Shown here piece after piece: positions 52,490-62,138 of a stretch of 62,138 nt of DNA (position 1 is the stretch's first letter; every line of letters begins with the position of its first letter). The notes below the pieces were generated by a model. The model worked only from the letters and a program-made list of their open reading frames with translations. It was not told where the DNA came from and ran no database searches. The stretch is taken from positions 19,469,583-19,531,720 of the forward strand of contig JBOZIK010000001.1 in assembly GCA_051453625.1 (NCBI GenBank), read 5' to 3'. The translations under genes were made by a program, and so were the position numbers. The DNA comes from Welwitschia mirabilis. Its lineage: Eukaryota.

Positions 52490-55400
52490 ACCCCCTTGTA
52501 ATCTTGAAATATCTAATTAAACATTGTAGAGATGTAGATTCATATATACAAATATGAACATAAATATATACAAACAACATTGTTGAGCAAATGAGAGTTC
52601 TTAGAGAAAATCCTTAACATATAAATCAAATGGATTAGGCTCCAAATAGTCGATCATACGCCAAAAAATCCTAATTCGTAAATTTATCTAATATTTAAAC
52701 TATTTTCACTTAAGTTCTTCAAAAGAATTCATTATGTTTAATCTACTTTAAATTTAAAAAATACTTCACTTTAATTATCTCATTTTGAATAATGTCTTAT
52801 ATAATGTTGACAAGCCTACTTAATAATATAAAAACAGTAAAAAGATGGTAAAATCGATGCTAAAATTACCATAGAATATACTTAACCATCAATTTATTAA
52901 AAGGCCTTTCTCAAGCTTTCAAACTAAAACCAAAAAAAAAAAAATGATTTATTGATTAGAACTCATTTCTTGTTAAGAACAACCATTCTTGGCAAATCAA
53001 GTATTTTGACATTATTTATTTATAATCTTTAGAACAAGTGGGGGAAAACATAAATCATGAGGGAGAAATTCTAATTCTTACACTACTTATTTCTAAATAA
53101 TGTTCTATCTCATTATTAAAATTAGCTAAATTAATATTAAGAGAAAATAAGTAGTTAACATGTAAGTTTTCCAATCACATTCATAGAAACAATAAGATAA
53201 TTCTCTTTTCAGAGTAAATAATCTTGCATTAATACTAATTAAGAAAATGTTTAACATGCAATATTTTCATTTTTAGGTGTAGACCAGCATAATAGGAATG
53301 GACTCACTTTGTGGCTTCTTTTTTAAGTAATATTCCCTCTTATTGATCTTTTCAAGATGTTACATATGAGTTCTAAAAATATCCCTTTACAGATAAAGTG
53401 CTTTTATTAATATTAAAAAAGATAGAATAGTCTTTTACTTTTTTGATAGTCCTTTATTTTTTTGATTGCCACATTTCTAGTTTCTATCCATTTTCTTACA
53501 TCTATAATGTTGAGTAATCATTAACATACCAGTTGTCGACCTTGCAACTTACTCCCTCTTCTAAAAAAAAAGAAATAAAAAATAACATAAAACTATGTAG
53601 TTTTAATCAATATACCATCAATTAACATTATCATTATGTAAAGAAAAAAACTAATTACATATAAAACTTTAGTTCATCGGTTCCCCCTATCTGATATTTT
53701 GTTAATCCTCAAATAAAATATATATACAAGATCAAAATCTCATGATCAAATATCATCTAGTCATTACTTAATCTTTGTAGTGTTCTTTTAGCTAAGAATG
53801 ACTTCTCCTCTATTTTAGATTTCAGTGATGGTTTCATTTCCTTCAATTGTTTCATTTCCTTTATCTTTCTCATGATTAGGGTTAGATCATTTAAATTCAA
53901 ATCCTATTAATTAGATTTAATAATCTCTTATGACTGATCCTTAGAATTCTCACTTTTTCATGATGTTAGAGGCTTCTTTGATTAGATAAGTTTATAAGGA
54001 GAAGGTTTGTTAGCTTTAGTAGTGCTAGAGCAGCTCCCGAATATAACTATTCATATACCTTCATCCCCTTTCATGTGAGAAGAGATGTCTATGAAGGTAT
54101 CCTTCAACATTTGCATTCATTTTAAAAGTTGATCTCATTGTCTTTTGAGCTTGTTAAATTCTTGTTCTAAGATTATAAAAAAGTAAAGATCACTCCTTGA
54201 ATCTTTACAAAGGTGAGAAAACTTGGTGATAGTATTTATAACGGTGATCTCTATATAGAGATATAGGAATTAAAATTCTCTAATTCTTTCAAGGCCTAGG
54301 TGAGAATTCAAAATTGTAAAGTTTCTAGAGGTAAAAATTTAAAATCCTTGACACGTTTAAATCCTTATTTCCAAAATTAATCCTCTTTTCAACCCTTACT
54401 GTTAACAATTTATTTTCATAAAGATGCTTGTCATTTTCCTTTTTAAGGTAGTGAATAAAATCTAATTGGCTTTGGGAATCAAGGCTTTCTTAATTAAATT
54501 TTAAATATCCTAACTAAATTTAATGATATTTATTTCTTCGTCATTCTCTCAAGTAGGTTACTACCATAATTTATCAAAAACTTTAAGGAATTTATTTTGA
54601 AAATTAGTAATTAATTTTTGACTTAAACTAATAAGTAATCAAATATTTTACTAAGGAGAAGGGAGGTGACAATTTTTAATTCTATCTTCAGAAGAGTAAT
54701 TTCCCTCTCTTACACTTACAATATTTTCTTACTTTATTTGATTTTGATTTGAGTCTTTAATCCAACTATTTTTATATTTATTATTATATTTTTGAATTGT
54801 CATATATTTTTCATGCATTCTCTTCAATCCATGAAAATATTGTTTGTTCTTTATTAAGAGGAAGGGATACATTGTTATGCATAAAAGTAACAAATTTTAG
54901 CTACTTCCTAATGTACTTGGTATTGTATTGCCTTGAAATAGTTAAGCTTTTCATCATTTCAATTAGAAAATCTTCTTATTAGGGCAGGAAAATTTTAACT
55001 TCTCCCTTTCTTTTTAAAGCTTCAATTGTAATTGAGCAATTCTGCGTAAAGCATTATAAAGAAAAGATATACTAAAACTAGATATTCCAATTTGGGAATG
55101 TAACCTGTTCTTAATTTGAGATTCTATTTCCTAATGTTATCTAATTTTAATTATAGAATAATTAATTTATCCTTACAAAATTCATTTTCTAATTTTAGAT
55201 ATTCAACTTTTTCTTTAAGCATGAGGTTTTATTCCTAGATTTTTAATGTGTCCACTAAATATGTCGATAAATTATTTATAGTAGCACTTAAATAATCAAA
55301 TCTATTGTCCTTCATTATTTTGGAAAATGTCCTCTTTTTGGCCTCAAACATAGATTTCTATACCATAAACATATCTTATGTTTCTCTTGATGTTATAACA

Positions 55401-58320
55401 AGGACTTGTGATTGATGTTGGGTATGCTATTAAGAGGTAGTAGAGGGTTTGCTAAATTTATAAGAGGTATAAGATCCAAATAAAGTTTTTACTCCAAAAA
55501 CAAAGGTAGAGATAAATCTATACTATTTTTATTCCAGGGAAAATACTGAGGCATATTATTAATTAACAAAATTTTACTACATATAGATGGAAACCCAAGA
55601 CTAATTTTCATTAATTTAGTTATGATTCTAATTCTAAAAATATATTTGCACATATATTGAAAAACAACATGTCCAATATTAATCTTTTAACTTGAGGAAT
55701 CTCTGATTGCACTGATTAAATATACTCTATAATACTCATCCATTTCTATTTATTAATAATCCATAATAAATTAGATGCATAATCCTCAACATAATAAAGG
55801 CTTATAGATTCTTTGTTTCATTAATGTTTACTTGACATTATTAATTTGTGCTTCTATGAAAATGTTTTAAATAAAGGCTTATTTCATCTTTTCAGTTTAT
55901 TTCAAAAAGAGTTATGCCTATAGATGATAATTCTAAATCACCCTAATGTTGTCTACTGAGATTTTTAAACCTATATTATTAACAAATATGTGTAAGATAG
56001 AGTGTTCTTTAGATAAAGAGAATTTTTTGTAAAACTCATGAACATATTCGTTACTAAATTTTCCATAAATGCTGGTAATTTCCATCATTGTAATTCAATT
56101 AACCTCTACTTTAATCTTGAAAAACCTACATCTTTACAAAGTTTAAAAATTTACTACAAAAATAATTTTAACTTTTGCATAATATTAATAAAGAGTTAGC
56201 TTAAGAATTTAAAAATATGTTCTTATATGAAAATTCATACATGAAAGAAATCTCAAATACTAAATGCTATTTTTTTAAAGAAAATTTTTATGCTATAAAA
56301 TATAATACTTTACATTTCTACCCTCTTATAAGAGTTGCACACTATAGAATGCTAAAAAGTGGAGAAAAATAAAAAATTTCATACCTAGAAATGTTGCAAG
56401 AGAGGAAGTCCTCCATGGTGAGAAAATAGGTTGAAAGCATAGTATAAAAACAAAAAAAAGTTTAAGATTAAGAAAATGATAAAATTATATAGGTATGATG
56501 GAGATCTATCAAATGAATGTGGAGAGAAAATTTATTATTTTTTATGTTTCTTGCTTAGTTGTCAAGAGTATCTTAAAAGCGATCTTCACATGGTCAATGG
56601 CTACTCAAAGAATGTAGTTAAGTTCATAACTTGATAGCATTAATGGAAGAAATGCAATGTAAAAACTAACTTCTTCTACTCTTTTTGGAAGTTTTAAAGG
56701 GAAAAAGACACTTCTGAAAGGGTATTTAATAAGCATCATATGATGCATCATCACCAAACACGGATTAGGCTAAAATGAATTTTAAAGGGCCTTTGAAGAT
56801 ATGTGACAGGGTCATATTCTAGGAGGAAAAAATCAAAGGGTTCTTTGACATTAGGTGACATGGTAGGCTAAATTAGATTCTGATAACTAATAACAAATAA
56901 TATTGATAACTCTTATGATTATTAAAAGAGTAATTAATTTTCTTTAATAACATATACCTATGTGATGCTTTATCCTTATTTATGTGTTTTTTCCCCCTTC
57001 TCGTTGCCTCCCTCATATTGAAAACTCCATTGAAAGTGCTTAAACTTATTGATGCAATGTCAAAAGGTGATGGGATAAAGAGAAAATGAAGTATTCATTA
57101 AATGTTAACCATAGTAAAGTAACTAATATCTAGCATTTTTAAACACTTTGCAATGGGTTGTGGATATTATTTGATGACCCTTGATCTATCTTTTATATGA
57201 TAATATTTTTATTTTCTTATGCATGATTTATAATTATGGAATTAGAGAAATGTTCAAGATTGTAGAGACAGATCAAAGATTAAGTTTTATAAAATAAATA
57301 TAATAGAGTATTTTTATAAATTAGAGTTTATATTTCATTAGTTAGCACATGTTAAACACATTTTTTTCATTGTAAAGTCCTACTTATAAGACTTAATTCT
57401 GGGTTGTACTATTAATAATATTCCTCCTAAAAATTCTTAGCATGGCTCAAGTATGTTTCTTTACTAATTAGCTTAGTTTTTATGCTTGCTAAATGAAAAA
57501 GATTTTATATAACAATTCTATCGAAAATCAATCTACATCTTAAGTAGTAAATTTCCTTTCTAAGCTAAAACTCCATTATGGATTTCTTTTACTATAATGC
57601 TGGACTATACATTATGAAGGAATAAGATCTAGTACACAATTTAAGGATTTCTTGCTAAATAAATTTCTTCAAAGGTTAGTTAAGTATGTTAACATATCAA
57701 GAGGAAAAATTCCAATAAAAGAGTTAAAGAAGTTCTTTAATGGATACTTTCTTCTAAGGGCTACTTGAGAAGCATTTTCTATGAAATAAACCTGTTTCGC
57801 CTAGTAGTGCCTTGGGTCGTGGATGACTTAAAAGGAAAGAGAATTAATATTTTTAACTAAAAAAGTTTTTGTAGATGGGTTTATATTTTATAATGCCATA
57901 GCTTTTGTAATTTTTAAGTAGATTCAATTAATATCTATGTGTACTAGCATAAATTCATATTTTATAGGGAAAATAACTTGAAAGTTATAAAGGCCTTCAT
58001 AACTAACTCCCAAATCTATTCCTTTGTCATTAATATTTTACTTCTTTCCCATCCTGTTCATTTAAACCTTAATATCTCATTCAAATTTCGTTTTAAATGC
58101 ATGTACTTCCTTTCTAACTAAAGAAAGACTTTTTGATCAAATGATTTTTTTTATTTTAAATTACAATTAAAGAAAGACTTCACAGGGTGTAAGATTATTT
58201 TAGAAATTAAATTTTACTATTATTAAAGGACTTTATATTCCTAAATTTCAAATTAGGCCCTGAACTGGTAGAAATTTCTAGGAAGCACATAGAATTAATC
58301 ATTAAAGTAGCTTAATGAAT
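52490..58320 (-). mobile_element. Highly decayed copia element, possibly SIRE-like with an env-like extra ORF remnant
   Basis: Minus-strand GVSYEGLYNF and LQKLWHYK (gag-pre-integrase-like, ~57890-58015). YVHEFY motif at ~56035. Several PPT-like tracts at ~52490-53695, including tatcagataggggga, which resembles the tract at 49235-49250. Boundaries uncertain. Confidence 0.45.
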
Positions 58321-59419
58321 TTAGTATTTCTTCAATAATTTATACATCAAAGATATTTGAAAATAGGAAGGGAAGAAAAAGGTGGTTAAGAAAAGAGGAA
58401 TGAGTAGAAAAATAGGGTGTACAAGGAATAGTGTATATAAGATATACATTACATTTATAAGGGAAAAGTATATTGTTTGAAAAAAAAAAATCCTTGCAAA
58501 TTGCTCCTTGATGTCAAACCTAAGTATTAGATTGATAGTACATAAGTATAAATATTCAATAGAAGCACCAAAATTGTATAGCATCGATGACCACCAAGTA
58601 TTGATGATGGTATAACGAAACTAATGACAACGTACTAAAATTAATGAAAGCACTGAAACATGTTACAACATGATAAAATATACATAATGGTGTACCAAAA
58701 TACTTATGATGAATGTACAATGTTACTGAAGCAAACCAATGACGGAGGTAAACTCCTAAAACTTCATTATGATAAAAGTATCAAAATCACTACAAGTATT
58801 AAAACAAATCCATGACAATGGTACAAAAACTATCAAAACATTAAGAAATAAGCTAAGAAACTTTTATTTAAAGAACGCATGAAAAAGTATTCCATACCAC
58901 TTATCATATCATCACCTTTATATAGGATTGCTTTGAATAAATTTCTTAGTTAGTACAAGCCCCTAACTTAGATTGAAAAGCTTGTCCTCCATTCCATGAA
59001 GCAAATTGAGGTGGGATTTTGAAATTTTAAGCCTAAAATTACAAAACATTTTTATTATTATCATATTAATGTACCAATTAAAAAAACATCATGCTAAATG
59101 ATATCACATTTCCACCTTTATGACTTGAAGTAAACCTATTTGGTTTGAACTTGTAGGGATTTTTTATTAAAGAAATTACCAAAAGCAAAGAAATGTTAAA
59201 ATGGATGATCTTAATTCAACTAACGCCTATCTTCTTTTGAACACCCCTCTTCTTCATTACTTCTCTAGATAATTTCACATGGCTCTGTAACAAATGTGTT
59301 TGCCTTCATAACAAATAAAGTAGCATCATCGTATAATCCTAATAAATGCAAACACTCCAGCAAATGAGACTCCTGCTCAAATACATTTTCTTAAATACTC
59401 GACCCATAAAATTTAAACA

Positions 59420-61430
59420 TTTGTAGAAATAGTAGAAGTATAGTAGAGTTAGATACATTTAAATGGCTCTCAAAGAGGAATGAACAGTTTGACAGAGTGT
59501 GCATTATGGTAGAATTATGTAAGGTATTATGCTTTATGCATGAAATCAAATTGCAATTGATCTATTTTGGTTCCACTATAGTAGTTTTATTTTACATCTA
59601 TCTTTTAAAGAAATGTCTATCTTTATTATAACATCTTCTAGGAACCTATGTCCTATAAATATGTGGCCTATGCATTATTTAGAATTGAATAAAGACCTAG
59701 ATTCTTGTGTTTGGAGTCTAATCATCCATGAAGCGATTTAATGAAAGGTAATCACCTTCAAAGTGATTAATGGAGCCTTGATCCCCTCAAAGTGATTACT
59801 CTTATTTGAGTTTCCATGTTTTATTTTAAATTATTACGATTGAGTTCATGACATTTGATATCAAATCTATAATGATCAAGAATGAGATGCAAACCTTAAA
59901 GGTGATGATGAAGAGAGAGATCCATGAATCATGAAAAATCATTGATCCTAAGGTGGAGAAGCTAAAGATTCTAATACTGTGGGTCTAAAATATAATCAAT
60001 CATTCAACTAATCCTATGTTGGGAAATTTATGAAGCTATGACAAACTTCTAAGATGCTGGAGTATTAAGATTGTTTTGAATAATTAGTTAATAAATCTAT
60101 AGGATTGACAAAGGAATTCTTGATGAGGTACTATGTAAGTGGGCTTAAAGAAGATCTAAAACATGAGGTTTACATTTTTTAACCAATTATAATAACTCAA
60201 GTAGTTGGGTTAGTAAGGATTAAAGAAGAACAATTGCTCATTATAAAAAAGAAGAGTGAGGTGAGCTAGATAGTACATACCTCTGATGTCTCTAGTAATG
60301 ATTTAGCATTTGTTTTACCACCCATCAAAAGGTTGATACCAAGTGAGGCTAATGATCCACATGATACCTTAAGTACAAATGGAATCATACTAGCCTCAAG
60401 AAATAACATGTGCATGAAGGACTGCCAAAAGAGTGATGGCAATAACATGGTGGTAATTAAAAGTAATTGGGATTAATGCGAAATCTCCTTCAAAGGGCTA
60501 AATAAGAAAATTAAAATCAATAGACCAAAAGCATAAACAAAGGGATTCTCAGGCATAGCAATTGAATCCCAAACCTTTGAAGGAGTCCATGACATTTCTA
60601 TTAATAATATATAAGTATACATTCTATAATAGAAATTAAATTGAAAATAACGATATGTAGTAAAAGCGTGATGGGCGTATCTCTAGGGAATGTTAGAATG
60701 ATTATGTAATTTAGGGTATATGATGGAGAGCACTGAAACGATGGATGTAATACAAATGCTATGTGAGTGGTAAAGAACATTGTAATGATGAATGTATTTT
60801 TAGATTAAAGATTGATCCTTGCCTTCAATTACTCTTCGACTTGTGTGACAAAGATATAGATGATGTAAGGCTTCTAATAGGATTTGAAATTGGATTAGTT
60901 CTTATGTAAGAAGAAAGGCCTCTAGCTTTCATGAGCAATGTATTGTCTGAAAAACATCAAGGAATCTCCACCTATGAGAAGGAGATGATGATGATCTTGC
61001 ATGCTATACACAAATGGTAGCACTATTTGATTGAATAGCATTTTATCATCTACATTGATCACCATAGTATAAAGTATCCATAGGAGTTGAAATTGTCCAC
61101 ATGGGTACATTTCAACAAAAATGGATAACAAAGCTTATGGATTATGATTACAAGATTAAGTACAAAAAAATCTCAGATGATTCCATAGCTAATGCCCTTT
61201 TCAAGAAGATGGAAGGAGAATTATTAGCCATGTCTTATCCCTTTCCTATTTGGATGGATCATGTTTGAGGTGAAACTACAAGTGATGAAGACATATAAGC
61301 TATTATTTAGCAACTTCAAAAGCAACCTAATAGCTTACCTTACTGCACTTATAATGATGGTATCTTATGGTACAAGAATAGAGTGGTATTGAACTCAAAA
61401 TCCTAGTGGTATAAGAATTTCTTATAGTTG
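59420..61430 (+). mobile_element. Decayed Ty3/gypsy element (Reina-like chromovirus), RT apparently deleted
   Basis: LTR end catgaca (59853) plus degenerate Met PBS. Gag YVSGLKEDLKHEV (~60132). RNase H IGLVLM*EERPLAFMS, KW*HYL...IDHHSIKY, WITKLMDYDYKIKYK...ANALS (~60890-61205). Confidence 0.8.
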
Positions 61431-61854
61431 CTATAATAAAGAAATTCCACATTTCACTTTTTTTTCATCATTCCTTTACTTAATTAGCCTTCTTTGCTCC
61501 ACTTAATTTATTCTTTTATCCTTTCTACCTTTCATTTATCCTCTTATTTAAAATTCTTTTCCATTATTCAACCGTCACCACTACCTCCTTTATTTTATTG
61601 TTACCTGAGTCCTTTTCACTATCAACTCTTCACACTTCTTCTTTTACCTATCATACATTTACCTCATGTCTGTTTCACATTTCTTTTACATTTTCATGTG
61701 ATTCTTAGGATTGCCCAAATCATCCTCACCTTCTTGCATGAAATGTCTTAACCATTTTTTTTTTTAAATTAGTCCCATTACCTGCTTAAGCACATAGAAT
61801 TATCTTGAAGTATTTGAACTATAGACCATCTTATCCAAATGCAACTCTACCTAC

Positions 61855-61936
61855 TATCAAGCAAGTGAGAAGATGCACAAACATGAATACTATCTTATCA
61901 AGCAAGTGAGAAGATGCACAAACATGAATACTATCT
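61855..61936. repeat. Perfect 41-bp tandem duplication
   Basis: tatcaagcaagtgagaagatgcacaaacatgaatactatct, two copies. Confidence 0.9.
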
Positions 61937-62138
61937 GTAATGATGAATTTGAGTTGCGTAACATGATCTGGGAAGTATATCATTCTATGATGTGGCCATT
62001 CTTAGTAATTACATTAAAGAGACAATGGTGTCTACAATTTCTCGTCATCTTATGAACACAGAGTACCAAATTATTGCACTGGCTGGCTTAGAATGTCTTT
62101 GCAGAGCTTGGCCAATGGACTAAGCATATTTTGTGCAA

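Noticed and set aside
53700..58320. Endogenous caulimovirid (pararetrovirus) hypothesis
   Set aside because: No movement-protein, coat or caulimovirid RT motifs were recognisable; copia-like motifs fit better.
62040..62138. Possible exon fragment at the window end
   Set aside because: Too short, with no recognisable protein motif.

Overview
AT-rich land-plant nuclear DNA with several N gaps. It holds one intact protein-coding gene: a 9-exon chlorophyllide a oxygenase (CAO) on the + strand, 6785-13044. My hand-spliced model gives 1644 nt / 547 aa with the regulatory A domain, a Rieske CxH...CxxH cluster site and a mononuclear-iron site. Most of the rest is old, heavily C>T/G>A-mutated and often nested retrotransposon sequence: several Ty1/copia elements (Tork/Tnt1-like, SIRE-like, a small gag-only element), Ty3/gypsy elements (Tekay-like, Athila-like, Reina-like) and two different LINEs. 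Many could be delimited by LTR, PBS, PPT and TSD. I see no convincing new multi-gene system. The most unusual signals are (i) CAO intron 1, with a GC donor, a NAGNAG acceptor and a duplicated acceptor that creates a candidate in-frame 21-nt micro-exon; (ii) several apparently pol-less, gag-only LTR elements from unrelated lineages; (iii) a ~280-bp flank duplication around the Athila-like element. All alignments and lineage calls were made by eye and need computational confirmation.
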